From Terriglobia bacterium (lineage in GTDB: Bacteria; Acidobacteriota; Terriglobia; JAJPHL01; JAPKYU01): 64,000 nt of DNA. The position numbers were made by a program, and so were the translations under genes. The stretch spans positions 87,380-151,379 of the forward strand of contig CBDBKE010000001.1 of NCBI GenBank assembly GCA_965206645.1. Reading direction: 5' to 3'. The number at the start of each line of letters is the position of its first letter. Positions within the stretch are counted from its first letter, which is position 1. Below, piece after piece: positions 9,823 to 19,947 of this stretch. Below the pieces are notes generated by a model. That model was given only the letters and a program-made list of their open reading frames with translations. It did no database searches and was not told where the DNA came from.

Positions 9823-12147
9823 TTGAAGTTGAAGTGGAAAAGCTTGCTTTGGGTAGCTCTGTGGGCGATGCCACTGCTCGCCCAGCGGGGCACGGGGGAG
9901 CTGCGCCTGACCGTGCGGGACACTACTGGCCTGGGGGTGGAAGCCAGCGGAGAGCTAGTCAGCCAAGCCAACCAAGTTCAGCAAACTTTCCACACCGACC
10001 CGGAGGGACGGTATTGGGCCAGGGACTTGCCATTTGGGGTGTATCTGCTGCGCGTCGAGCGCTCTGGGTTTGCACCGTTTTCCGCGCTGCTGGAAATCCG
10101 TTCAGAGCTCCCCCGCGAGTACCAGGTGACGCTCGGGATCGCCCCGCTGGAAGCCACCGTACGGGTCACCGATTCGGCCACGCTTCTGGACCCGCATCGG
10201 ACGGGCCCAGTCTTCCGCCTCGGCCCAGAAACGTTGCGCGCCCGGCAGGCCTCACAGCCCGCCCGCACCGTGCCGGAGCTGGTGCAAACGCAGCCGGGAT
10301 GGTTGCTGGAGGCCAATGGCGTGCTGCACCCGCGGGGCTCCGAGTACAACACGCAGTATGTCATTGACGGGTTCCCCATCACCGACAATCGCTCTGCCGC
10401 CTTCGCCCCGGCGCTGGAAGTTGAAGAACTCCGGTCACTGAATGTGTTGACCGCCAACTACCCGGCCGAATATGGACGGAAGCTGGGTGGGGTCATCGAG
10501 GTGGTCACCGCCCGTGACACCACCCCGGGCTTTCATGGGATCGCAGTGCTCGAGGCCGGCAGCTTCTCGACCCAAAGCAGCTATATTTCCGGACAGTACG
10601 TGCGCGGGCGGACGGCCGCCGCCTTAGCCGTTCAGGGGGGACACACGGAGCGGTACCTGGATCCGCCGGTGGAAGAAAATTTCACCAACAAAGCGTCCAA
10701 TTCCGGGATCAGTGGGCGCCTCGAACGCGACTGGAGCCAGACGAGCCGACTGCGCCTCTCGCTGCACAGAAAACGCACGGGGTTCCTGGTCCCGAACGAA
10801 CAATTTCAGCAGCAGGCCGGCCAGCGGCAGGATCGGCGTAACGCCGAAACCTTGGGACATCTCTCCTACCAGCACACCCTCTCACCCCGCCTGCTAGCCG
10901 CCTTTCGGGGAATGGCAAGGGACCTTTCTGCAGACTTTTGGTCGAATCCGCTCTCCACCCCTATCCTGGCCGACCAGCAACGAAGCTTGCGGGAAGGTTA
11001 TGGCAGCGCCAGCCTGTCGGCGCATCTTGGCGCCCACGAGCTGAAAACCGGCGTGGAGGGGATTTGGACTTCTGTGCGCGAGCGGTTTGGGTACGAAATC
11101 GTGGACCAGCAATTCTTCGATGCCGGAATCCCGCCCAGCTTCCGTTTTACGGACAGTCGGGCAGGCCGCGAGCAGTCCCTGTTCGTGCAGGACCTGGTCC
11201 GCGCCGGGCCCTGGACCTTCAGCGCTGGACTGCGGTGGGACCGCTATCGGTTGCTAGTCCGGGACAGCACCTTCAGCCCTCGCCTGGGAGTGGCTTGGCA
11301 CTGGCCTAGCGCCGGGCTGGTCTTCCGCGCCTCCTATGACCGCGCGTTTCAGACTCCCGCCACCGAGAATCTGCTGCTGGCCAGTTCCGGGTCCGCGCAG
11401 CGGCTCGCTGAAGAGACGACGGCGCTGCCCGTGTATCCCTCCCGCGGGAATTTCTACCAGGCCGGCTTTGCCAAGAGCGTCTTCGGCAAGTTGCGACTGG
11501 ACGGCAATTATTTCCGAAGAGAGATCCGCAATTTTGCCGACGACGACGTGTTCTTGAATACCGGTGTGAGTTTCCCCATCGCGTTTTCCCGGGCCGAAGT
11601 TTACGGCTTTGAGGGCAAACTGGAAGTGCCCCGCTGGGGGCCCGTTTCCGGCTTTCTGAGCTACGCGCACCTTGTCGGAACCGGGTTTCTTCCCCTCACC
11701 GGCGGGCTGTTCTTGGAAGAGGGCGGCGACGAGCTGTTGCGCGCCACCGGCCGCTTTCCTATTTCGCAAGACCAGCGCCATACAGCCCAGGCGCGCGCGC
11801 ACTATCAGATTAGGCCCCGAGTCTGGGTGGCGCTCGGCGCCCGGTATGGCAGCGGGTTGCCCATCGAGCAAGAGGAACCCCTGGAGGAAGAGGAACTGGA
11901 GGAGCGCTTTGGGCAGCGAATTCTGAGCCGGGTCAACCTCGCACGCGGCCGCGTTCGCCCCTCGTTTTCCCTGGATACTTCGCTGGGGGTGAAGCTTTTG
12001 AGTCGCGATGACCTTTCGGTGCGGCTCCAACTCGACGTCTTGAACCTCACCAACCGCTTGAACGTGATCAATTTCGTCGGACTGTTCTCCGGCACGGCGT
12101 TGGCCCCGCCCCGCAGCTTCGCCCTTCGGTTGCGTACGGAGTTCTGA
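9823..12147 (+). CDS. TonB-dependent outer-membrane receptor with an N-terminal carboxypeptidase-regulatory-like domain.
   Basis: Signal peptide, a CarbopepD_reg-like N-terminus (LRLTVRDTTGLGV) and a plug/barrel that ends in ...RLRTEF with a terminal aromatic. Confidence 0.8.
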   Translation: MKLKWKSLLWVALWAMPLLAQRGTGELRLTVRDTTGLGVEASGELVSQANQVQQTFHTDPEGRYWARDLPFGVYLLRVERSGFAPFSALLEIRSELPREYQVTLGIAPLEATVRVTDSATLLDPHRTGPVFRLGPETLRARQASQPARTVPELVQTQPGWLLEANGVLHPRGSEYNTQYVIDGFPITDNRSAAFAPALEVEELRSLNVLTANYPAEYGRKLGGVIEVVTARDTTPGFHGIAVLEAGSFSTQSSYISGQYVRGRTAAALAVQGGHTERYLDPPVEENFTNKASNSGISGRLERDWSQTSRLRLSLHRKRTGFLVPNEQFQQQAGQRQDRRNAETLGHLSYQHTLSPRLLAAFRGMARDLSADFWSNPLSTPILADQQRSLREGYGSASLSAHLGAHELKTGVEGIWTSVRERFGYEIVDQQFFDAGIPPSFRFTDSRAGREQSLFVQDLVRAGPWTFSAGLRWDRYRLLVRDSTFSPRLGVAWHWPSAGLVFRASYDRAFQTPATENLLLASSGSAQRLAEETTALPVYPSRGNFYQAGFAKSVFGKLRLDGNYFRREIRNFADDDVFLNTGVSFPIAFSRAEVYGFEGKLEVPRWGPVSGFLSYAHLVGTGFLPLTGGLFLEEGGDELLRATGRFPISQDQRHTAQARAHYQIRPRVWVALGARYGSGLPIEQEEPLEEEELEERFGQRILSRVNLARGRVRPSFSLDTSLGVKLLSRDDLSVRLQLDVLNLTNRLNVINFVGLFSGTALAPPRSFALRLRTEF

Positions 12148-12251
12148 ACCGGGCGTAATTCTTCGAAGGCACTTCAATCCAGTGCTGGCCGCACAGGTCT
12201 AGGAGACAATACCTGCTGGGAGGCGCGGGAGCTAGGGAGTGGCGTAGCGAG

Positions 12252-12665
12252 TCAACTGGTGCTCTTGTTCTCAACTGCCATCCGCCGTTGGGCACCGCAG
12301 AAAAAGCGGAGGGCCTGTCGATCCAGCGAGCACATCTTGATGAATTCGAAGCCCAACCACCGGCCCGGTTCGGCGGAGCGGACAATCACGGTGGCGCGGA
12401 AAAACCAGTCTTGAAACTGCACGCCGACCTTGCCGACACTCCCGACCGGAACCGATTCCTTGGTCCGAAGGGACAGGCCTCTTAGGCTAATCTTCTTGAG
12501 TTCCCCAGCGATCCGACGATTACTGGTAATGAAGCCGGCGCAACTCCTATCTGGCGCCGTGAAGCGCGGAAAGTAGCGGAGGCGTTTTCCTTCCTGGATT
12601 TCCACCGGCATATTTATCCCTCTCCAACTCATCATGGGTCCTCGGCTAGGACCCGGCAACAGCAC
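12252..12665 (-). CDS. PilZ-domain protein (putative c-di-GMP receptor).
   Basis: A small protein with an RxxxR...D/NxSxxG-like PilZ signature (FITSNRRIAGE ... SLRGLSL). The N-terminus is uncertain. Confidence 0.5.
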   Translation of the reverse strand: MLLPGPSRGPMMSWRGINMPVEIQEGKRLRYFPRFTAPDRSCAGFITSNRRIAGELKKISLRGLSLRTKESVPVGSVGKVGVQFQDWFFRATVIVRSAEPGRWLGFEFIKMCSLDRQALRFFCGAQRRMAVENKSTS

Positions 12666-12695
12666 TATTCAGACGATTCCCGAATCGGTCGTGCA

Positions 12696-13058
12696 TCAGC
12701 GAGAAGGAAACCGAACTCCCCACAGACCTTCTGCGTCGCCTAGTTCCACGCCGAATTCAAAGTTGCCGTTGTTGTTGGGATGGCTGTCGCACCAGACCAC
12801 TTTGCCCATCCCGTTTCGCTCCTCCGCGGGGAGCAAGGTGACCATAACTTCCTGATTCACATCCAAGGGCCGCCTGCACTCGATTCTGGCCGCGTACTTA
12901 CTGAGCACGAGCGTCCAGCCAGCCAGCGTCTGAAAAGTGCCTTTCTCCTCCTTCATTCCCAGTCGTACCGGAAGACGCATAGCAACGCGGGTGCTTCGTA
13001 GTGCACCCAGGCTTAAGCTTTCAGGGGTCATGCGGGCTATTTTAGTTGTCATCGTCAA
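12696..13058 (-). CDS. PilZ-domain protein, a paralogous neighbour of the one at 12252.
   Basis: Similar size and PilZ-like core (RVAMRLPVRLG ... TLAGWTLVLS). Confidence 0.45.
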   Translation of the reverse strand: MTMTTKIARMTPESLSLGALRSTRVAMRLPVRLGMKEEKGTFQTLAGWTLVLSKYAARIECRRPLDVNQEVMVTLLPAEERNGMGKVVWCDSHPNNNGNFEFGVELGDAEGLWGVRFPSR

Positions 13059-13497
13059 TGACCAAGACCTTGCTTCGTTTCGCGCCGCTCACTGCTTCAG
13101 TTAGTCGTTTTCAAATACCCTCGACAACATTCCAGCACCATGAACTTGCTCTTGGGACTCACCGGCAGAATCCGCAAAAACTCCGGCAGGCTCCTGCGGC
13201 TCCTCTGTGCCGCAACCACTGCGCAAAACAGCGCTGCCATAGCCTGAGTTTTTGTCCCGTTCATAACGTAGTCTAGTTAAGCGCAGCGACCCCAGGCAGC
13301 CAATAGGCGAACAGATTCATTTGGGGGGGTACCTTTGGACTAGCGGGAGAGCGCCCAACCGGTGGGAATCAGGGCAAGCTGTCCCGGCGGTTGGGCCGAG
13401 GAGGTCGGCAGGATACTGGCGTTACTTGTTTCGCGGAGGGCAAGAAACAAGCAGGACCTTCCCGCCTTAGGTTGATCTCAGCTCCGGTCTGTATATT

Positions 13498-13950
13498 TTA
13501 GAACGGGATGTCGTCGTCGGTGATTTCGGGTGAGATTCCTTCTTCGGAGGAGGAGGGTGCGGGGGCGGGCCGGGCCGGGCTCGCCTGTGCGCGCTGCCCT
13601 GAGCTTTCTTCACCGCCCCGCCCGCTCGCCAGGACGACATCGTTCGCGACAATGTCGGTGGCGTGATGTTTGCTTCCATCGCGCCCTTCCCAAGTCCGGG
13701 ACTGGATGCGCCCTTCCAGATACACCTTTTGGCCCTTGGTCAGATACTGGGTCAGGCTCTCCGCCATCTTGCCCCAGAGCACGATGTTGTGCCACTCCGT
13801 CTGTTCTTGCCATTCGCCCGCTTTGTCTTTGAAGCGACGATTGGTGGCCAGGGTGAACTTGGAGACCGCCTGGCCGGACGGCAGGTAGTTCAACTCCGCG
13901 TCTTTCCCTAGATTTCCCAGCAGAATGACTTTGTTTACGCTTCGTGCCAT
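13498..13950 (-). CDS. ssb: Single-stranded DNA-binding protein.
   Basis: MARSVNKVILLGNLGKD ... an OB fold ... and the acidic tail DDDIPF. The start is set at the internal ATG at 13950. Confidence 0.85.
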   Translation of the reverse strand: MARSVNKVILLGNLGKDAELNYLPSGQAVSKFTLATNRRFKDKAGEWQEQTEWHNIVLWGKMAESLTQYLTKGQKVYLEGRIQSRTWEGRDGSKHHATDIVANDVVLASGRGGEESSGQRAQASPARPAPAPSSSEEGISPEITDDDIPF

Positions 13951-14148
13951 AGGGCCAGCCCTCTCCTTGTATCGTAGCGTGTCGTAGCGCCGCTGTTGGG
14001 GCGGTGTCGCGGAGTCTGGCCCGCCCAAATCAGGCGCCACCGTTTGGAACGCGAGTATAGCGGAAGCTCTCGGGTAAGGCAAACCGCCACCGCGGCGGAA
14101 GCTAGTGTGGGGCAGAAGGGCGAGCGGGATCCTGCGTGGTGGTGGCTT

Positions 14149-14952
14149 TCAGCGACGGCGGAGGCGCTGGCGGGCCAGCTTGGCCTCTTCGCTGCGCGGG
14201 AAACGGCGGATCAGCTCGCGCAGCTCGCGGACCCCGGATGTGCGCCGCTTCAGTTCCAGGAGGGCGAAGCCTTTCTTGAGATGGGCGCCGGCGGTCTTGT
14301 TGCCGTTCGGGTAGCGTTCCAGCACTAGGTCGTACGCTTCGATCGCCTTGCGTAGCTTACCCTGACGATAGAGCACTTCGCCGACATAGAACTGGGCATT
14401 GCCGGCCAACTCCGTCTCTGGGTAGTAGCGAAGGTAGTCCTGGAACTGCTGCAACGCCAGTTCTAGTTTCCCGCCTTGCAGGTCCCGCAGTCCATTTTGG
14501 TAGAGCTCCTCGGGCAACTGTGGGGGTGCGCCCGCCCCCGAGCCTGGCGTCGGCGGCGTTTGCAGCGTCTCCACCGACACTCGCACCTGCGACACCTGAT
14601 CAGACAGCTTGGACAGCCGCGCCTTCACATCCTCCAGGGAGTCCTGTAGCCCCTGGACGTTGCCGGCGACCGAATCCACTTTGGTGCCCTGAGCGGCCAC
14701 GCTGCCCTGGATCGAACGTTGCACCTGCTCGGTCACCACGTTGAGCTTGTTGATCGCGTCGGTGGTCTGCTCCATGAGCTGGCGCATCATCCCCATGCGC
14801 TCGTCCAGCGTGCTGCGCATGTCGCGCATGTCCGACTCCAGCCGGGCCACTGCCGCCTCGATCCGGATAATCTCCTTGGCGACAGGGTAGGCCGGGGTGG
14901 GCAGGAGTGCCACCACGAGCACCGCCATCAAAATAGCTCGTAACACTCTCAT
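14149..14952 (-). CDS. ybgF: Tol-Pal system protein YbgF/CpoB, with a coiled coil and C-terminal TPR.
   Basis: Signal peptide, an N-terminal coiled coil and C-terminal TPR. It is the last gene of the tol-pal operon. Confidence 0.7.
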   Translation of the reverse strand: MRVLRAILMAVLVVALLPTPAYPVAKEIIRIEAAVARLESDMRDMRSTLDERMGMMRQLMEQTTDAINKLNVVTEQVQRSIQGSVAAQGTKVDSVAGNVQGLQDSLEDVKARLSKLSDQVSQVRVSVETLQTPPTPGSGAGAPPQLPEELYQNGLRDLQGGKLELALQQFQDYLRYYPETELAGNAQFYVGEVLYRQGKLRKAIEAYDLVLERYPNGNKTAGAHLKKGFALLELKRRTSGVRELRELIRRFPRSEEAKLARQRLRRR

Positions 14953-15049
14953 GGTTTCCTCTCCTTAAGACTGCGGCTGGCAGGCACCAGGTTTCATCTG
15001 TCTGGCGCCTGCCAGCCGTTTGTGTTCTGCTTGGGCCCTGCCCTCGGCC

Positions 15050-15790
15050 TCAGCGGGCCAGGACAAAGTGCGAGCGGCGATTGCGCTGCCAACAGCCTTC
15101 ATTCGCCTCGGTGCACTGCGGCCGCTCCTTGCCATAGCTGATAGTGCGGATGCGGTTCCCGCTGATGCCCAGCGAGAGCAGGTAGTCCCGGGTACTATTG
15201 GCGCGCCGATCGCCCAGGCCTAGGTTGTACTCGGCTGAGCCACGCTCATCGCAATGGCCCTCAACCACGATGTTCGCCTTCGGGTGCGCACGCAACCAAT
15301 CGGCGTTGGCTTGCAGCACCGGCACTGCATCGGAGCGAACGTCGTACATGTCATAATCGAAGTAGACGTCATGCACCCGGGCCGCGAACGAGGCTGCGAT
15401 ATCCTCCTCGACCGGTGGTTTGGGTGCGGGCGGCGGCGGCTTGGCGGTCACGGTGACCCGCACGCTGGCTTGGGCCTTTCCGCCGGGCCCCTCGACGCTC
15501 AGGGTATAGGTCAGCGACTCCAGCGGCGAGACGGTCATCGTGCCTTTGGGAGGCACCATGCCTAGGGCCGGTTCTAACGTCACGGTTTTGGCATCGGTGG
15601 AACTCCACTCCAGCGTGCTGGACTGCCCGCGCTCGATGCTGGTGGGCGTCGCCGTCAAACTCACCGTCGGGGCCGCCGCCTTAGGCGGTGGAGGTGGCGG
15701 GGGTGGCGGCGGTTCTTTCTTCTTGCAGGCACCCAAGAACAGAACCAGCAACAGAATCATGCCCAGAGCCGGGGCGTATTTGCGTTTCAT
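15050..15790 (-). CDS. pal: Peptidoglycan-associated lipoprotein Pal (OmpA family).
   Basis: Lipoprotein signal (LGAC) and a Pro-rich linker. The OmpA_C motif reads HCDERGSAEYNLGLGDRRANSTRDYL. Confidence 0.8.
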   Translation of the reverse strand: MKRKYAPALGMILLLVLFLGACKKKEPPPPPPPPPPKAAAPTVSLTATPTSIERGQSSTLEWSSTDAKTVTLEPALGMVPPKGTMTVSPLESLTYTLSVEGPGGKAQASVRVTVTAKPPPPAPKPPVEEDIAASFAARVHDVYFDYDMYDVRSDAVPVLQANADWLRAHPKANIVVEGHCDERGSAEYNLGLGDRRANSTRDYLLSLGISGNRIRTISYGKERPQCTEANEGCWQRNRRSHFVLAR

Positions 15791-16086
15791 TCTTTTTCTC
15801 TCCTCCTTGCGATTTGGACCGGCGGACTGGAAGCCATCTCATGAACCTTGAATCCCTGGAACCCCGCCTGGTCGCAGACCTTTCTGGGATCCGCTTCCAG
15901 CCTGGCTCTGCTGAAACTTGTTTGCCAGGCGAACTGTTGGCCGCAAACCTGCCCGGCCGGGTTCTCTCCTAACAGCTTGTTCGCGCACAACGAGGTCAGC
16001 AACTCCGGTGGTGCCGAAGCAAGCCCCCGCCCACCACGGAAAGGATTCCCCAAGAGCCCTTATGAAGCCATTCTGCCAGCTCGGCC

Positions 16087-17478
16087 CTAGCGTACGCTCC
16101 AAACAGGAGCCGTGTTTTTGCCATCCCGCGTCAAAGCCCGGATCCGGGTGCCGTCCGCCAACATGGTAAAAATCTGCTTGCCCCCGTTGCGGCTCGACTC
16201 AAAAACAATGTGCCGGCCGTCGGGAGAGAACCATGGGTGCTCGTTACGCCCGGCGCCGTGGGTCAACTGTACCACTTCGCCACTGGCTACATCCATCAGG
16301 AAAATATTGTAATTGCCGGGGGCATAGCCACGGGTCCAGGAAAAGACGAGCGTCTGGCCGTTGGGCGCCCAGGCCGGAGTCACCGCATCGCCTTCGCCGG
16401 CGGTCAGCCGCCGTACGTTGGACCCGTCGGCGTCCATCAGGTAGATCTGCGGCACCCCGCCCCGGCCGCTGACGAAAGCGATCTGCGTTGCTGTCTTCGG
16501 GTTCCACGCCGGGGAAATATCCACTCCCCGCGAGTAGGTGAGGCGACGGGGGCTCGTTCCGTCGGCATTGGCCACATAGATCTCTGGGTTTCCGCTCAGC
16601 GAGGACGACAGGGCCATCTGACGGCCGTCGGGGGACCAGGCAGGGGTAGTGTTCAGCCCGCTGCGGGTGTTATGAAAGCTCAGGCGTCGCCGGCTCTCCA
16701 GCGACAACACGAAGATTCGGGGGTAGACTTCCGAATAGCTGGTAAAGGCCAACCGGCTGCCATCGGCCGATACGTTGGGAGTCAGCGCCAACGAACGGTA
16801 GTTGGTCACCGGGCGCTGGTTGGCGCCATCGTAGTCCATGACCCAGATTTCCTTAATGTCCCTTCGGATCCTCCGGCAGAAATAAATCTTGGAGTCGGCG
16901 ATGCCCGGCAGTCCGCCGCCGAGGCGCTCCACGATGGCGTTGGCAAACCGATGCGCAATCACCCGGGCAGCCTCCTCGGTGGACTCGTCGGTGTAGCGCC
17001 GGGCCAGGACTTCCGGGCGGAGCGAATTCCGCAGGTCGTACAGATGGCCTTCGATCCTCAGGCGCCCGTTGACAACGGCCCCGTTGCCGAACGCCAGCAT
17101 CTCGGCGTTGACCGGCGGATTGGCCCAGGCCGACAGGGCGCCGGCGGCTTCCAGGTCTTCGCGTCGCCCGGGAATTGCCGGCGGGTAGAAGCTCTTGCTG
17201 ACCAGATCGAAAATGCCGGCGTGGTCCAGATCATTCCAAAGCACCTCATTAAAGACCCGCATCAGCGGCGCGGCCTTGGTGCCGTGAGCCCGAAAGTCAG
17301 CCACCGCCAGCTTCAGCGTCTCCAGCGTCAGGTCAATGCCGAAGCGGATGACGTCCCGGCGCTGGGAAGCCGCTTGCGGTGCGCCAAGCGCGGCGCGCGG
17401 CGTGGCCTCGGCCTGCAGCCACACCAGCGACAGAACTACGGCCGCAACCGCAAAGACAATGGCCCATGACCTCCGCAT
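16087..17478 (-). CDS. tolB: Tol-Pal system beta-propeller protein TolB. The start is set at MRRSWAIVFAVAAVV, downstream of the repeat array.
   Basis: A TolB N-terminal domain plus repeated PxWSPDG-type beta-propeller blades. Confidence 0.85.
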   Translation of the reverse strand: MRRSWAIVFAVAAVVLSLVWLQAEATPRAALGAPQAASQRRDVIRFGIDLTLETLKLAVADFRAHGTKAAPLMRVFNEVLWNDLDHAGIFDLVSKSFYPPAIPGRREDLEAAGALSAWANPPVNAEMLAFGNGAVVNGRLRIEGHLYDLRNSLRPEVLARRYTDESTEEAARVIAHRFANAIVERLGGGLPGIADSKIYFCRRIRRDIKEIWVMDYDGANQRPVTNYRSLALTPNVSADGSRLAFTSYSEVYPRIFVLSLESRRRLSFHNTRSGLNTTPAWSPDGRQMALSSSLSGNPEIYVANADGTSPRRLTYSRGVDISPAWNPKTATQIAFVSGRGGVPQIYLMDADGSNVRRLTAGEGDAVTPAWAPNGQTLVFSWTRGYAPGNYNIFLMDVASGEVVQLTHGAGRNEHPWFSPDGRHIVFESSRNGGKQIFTMLADGTRIRALTRDGKNTAPVWSVR

Positions 17479-17488
17479 GAGCCGTTGC

Positions 17489-17571
17489 TTACTGCGTGTC
17501 TTTTGTTGGTTACTGCGCATCTGGTGTTGGTTACTGCGCATCTGGTGTTGCTTGCTGCGCATGTGGCAACT
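17489..17571. repeat. Four tandem units of 21 bp (ttactgcgcatctggtgttgg-like) at the tolA-tolB junction. On the tolB strand each unit reads ATG CGC AGT AAC CAA CAC CAG (MRSNQHQ), in frame with tolB.
   Basis: Seen directly. Units 2 and 3 are identical apart from the last base, and units 1 and 4 are degenerate. Confidence 0.7.
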
Positions 17572-17586
17572 CACTCGGTGCTTATC

Positions 17587-18431
17587 TCACCTCTGAAATT
17601 CGAACCACACTTCCACGTGCACGCTGGAGCCCGGGTAATCCCGTGGCAGCGCAGGTAAATGAGCGTCGGCGCCCACGTCGCGCCGGCCGCTGCAGGCCTG
17701 CACTGCCCGGAGCGCTTCGCGGTCAATCGACGGAATGCTGCTGGATGTGGTGATGCGTTCGCTCCTCATGGTCCCATCCCGCAAGACATCAAATTCGACA
17801 TATACGCGCGGCGCCGAGCGGATGGCGGAATCAACCCGGCTGCGGTCCCAATGGCGCGCGATGCAACCCCGCACCGTATGCACGTACCAGCCGTAGAGGA
17901 GGCCGAACTGCCCGCTGAAGCCGATACCCCCGGCGCCCTGCTCGGTTGCCATCCCGTAGATGGGCGACGAAGCGCGACCGCTGGTAACGCCGGGAATCGC
18001 CCCTTCCGGAAGCTCGCCCCGCAATTGCGCCAGCTCCTTGCTCGCCTGACGGCGCTCCAGCTCGGCTAGTTTCTTCTTCCAGTCTTCCTCAGTCAACTGG
18101 AACTCCCGCGCCGGGGACGCTGGTGGCGCTTTTTTCGGCTGCTTGGGCTGGGCCGGGTGAAGCTCCCGGGTATCGGCGGCCACCGGGTTTCGTGGCGCGG
18201 CGCGGCGCGGCAGCGGAACGCTCGGCGCCAGGTTCACCGGGACCGACCTCCCGCCACCGAAGCCCTCTTCGCCCCACAGCTGGCCGTGGCGCGGCGGGAC
18301 CAGAGCCCCACCGAAAAGTGCTACGGCGAAAATCATGCTGTGAAAGACCACCGAGGCAGTCAGCGGCGACTTCAGGTCTTCCGGCTCGCTCGTGGCGGGC
18401 ACATGCTTGCCAGCGAATCGGACTTGTACCC

Positions 18432-18435
<4 letters not shown>
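17587..18435 (-). CDS. tolA: TolA/TonB-like energy-transducer protein. It has a TM anchor, a Pro/Ala-rich linker and a TonB_C-like C-terminus.
   Basis: An N-terminal TM helix and a proline-rich spacer. The C-terminus ...PGSSVHVEVWFEFQR fits the TonB/TolA C-terminal fold, and the gene occupies the tolA position in the operon. Confidence 0.6.
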
Positions 18436-18866
<431 letters not shown>

Positions 18867-18887
18867 CGTGTACCCTTGCCTCGCCTG

Positions 18888-19694
18888 CTAGCCGGCCTGG
18901 TCGCGTTCCACCACGTTCAGGAATTCCAGGGCAAAGCTGTCCATGCCCGACCCGAAATCGCGCAGCACGTGAAGGAAGTGGTTGTAGGCCACCACCGCCG
19001 GGATGGCCACGAACAGCCCGGCGGCGGTAGCGACCAGGGCCTCGGAGATCCCTGGAGCCACTGCGCGCAGACTGGCCGAGTCGGCCGTTCCCAGCCCGTG
19101 AAAGGAGTCCATGACGCCCCAGACGGTCCCGAACAGGCCGATGAACGGCGCGACCACACCCGTGCTTGCCAGCCAGCTCAGCATGCGCTCCATGCCGGTC
19201 AACTGGTCGCTGGCGGCAATCTGCAACGCCCGCTGGACTCGCGCGATGCCACCCGGCGGCAGCCTGCCCGAATGCGGATTGGCCGGGGTCGCCTGCTGGC
19301 GGATGGTTCCGTAGCCATATTCAAACATTTCCACTAGCGGGCTCGGATGGAACTGGTCGCTGATGGCATGCAGCTCCGAGAAGGTCTGGCTCCGTCGAAA
19401 GGCGCGCAGGAACCGCTCACTCTGCGCGCGTGCCCGCCGGAAGCGGCGCCACTTGGCGAAAGTCACCGTCCAGGAAAAGACAGAAAACAGCAGCAGCAGC
19501 AGCAGAACACCCTTGACGACCCAGCCGGTCTGTCCGATCAAACCGACCACTTCGGTGCCGCCGATTAGAGCCAGAAGCGGAACAACAGTCAAGTTTACTC
19601 CCCAGTTTACTCCAAAGCCGCGGCGATGCTGGCTCGGTCCCGTCCACCGCTCAAATCCGCCGCAGATCCCCTTCCGCTGCGGCCTTCCCCTCAT
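18888..19694 (-). CDS. tolQ: TolQ/ExbB (MotA/TolQ/ExbB proton-channel family). The true start is probably internal.
   Basis: Three TM segments. The conserved C-terminal motif is ...LGLIGTVWGVMDSF (MotA/TolQ/ExbB). Confidence 0.75.
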   Translation of the reverse strand: MRGRPQRKGICGGFERWTGPSQHRRGFGVNWGVNLTVVPLLALIGGTEVVGLIGQTGWVVKGVLLLLLLFSVFSWTVTFAKWRRFRRARAQSERFLRAFRRSQTFSELHAISDQFHPSPLVEMFEYGYGTIRQQATPANPHSGRLPPGGIARVQRALQIAASDQLTGMERMLSWLASTGVVAPFIGLFGTVWGVMDSFHGLGTADSASLRAVAPGISEALVATAAGLFVAIPAVVAYNHFLHVLRDFGSGMDSFALEFLNVVERDQAG

Positions 19695-19887
19695 TTAACT
19701 TAGCACAAAACCAGCGGCCACATTCAAAGCTGGTGTCAGGGCTGGTATCAGACCGGTATCGCATAAGTGGCATTCCTGGCTCGACGCCGGTCTGGCTCAA
19801 CTCCGGCCTCGCTCAACGAAGGTCGAAGTCGAAGCAGTCCTGGATTTGGCGCTCAGGACTTAGCAGTCTCGGGACTCTGCTATCATT

Positions 19888-19941
19888 TGACACCTGAACC
19901 TGTGACACCTGAACCGGGCACCTGAAACCTGGCATCTGGCG
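19888..19941. repeat. Degenerate tandem array of ACACCTGAACC-like units directly upstream of the recN ATG.
   Basis: gacacctgaacc tgtgacacctgaacc gggcacctgaaacc tggcatctggcgg. The same core recurs at 42085 and 43868. Confidence 0.5.
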
Positions 19942-19947
19942 GCTGCC

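Noticed and set aside
13059-13497. A possible 6S, SRP or other ncRNA in the 440-bp gap.
   Set aside because: No conserved SRP or 6S sequence motifs are visible. It is kept only as a low-confidence note under the PilZ finding.
17479-17574. Treating the TolB ORF start at 17574 (MSCHMRSKQHQ...) as the real N-terminus.
   Set aside because: The signal peptide begins at MRRSW (17478). The upstream 32 codons are the 21-bp tandem repeat, and that is reported as a repeat or leader finding instead.
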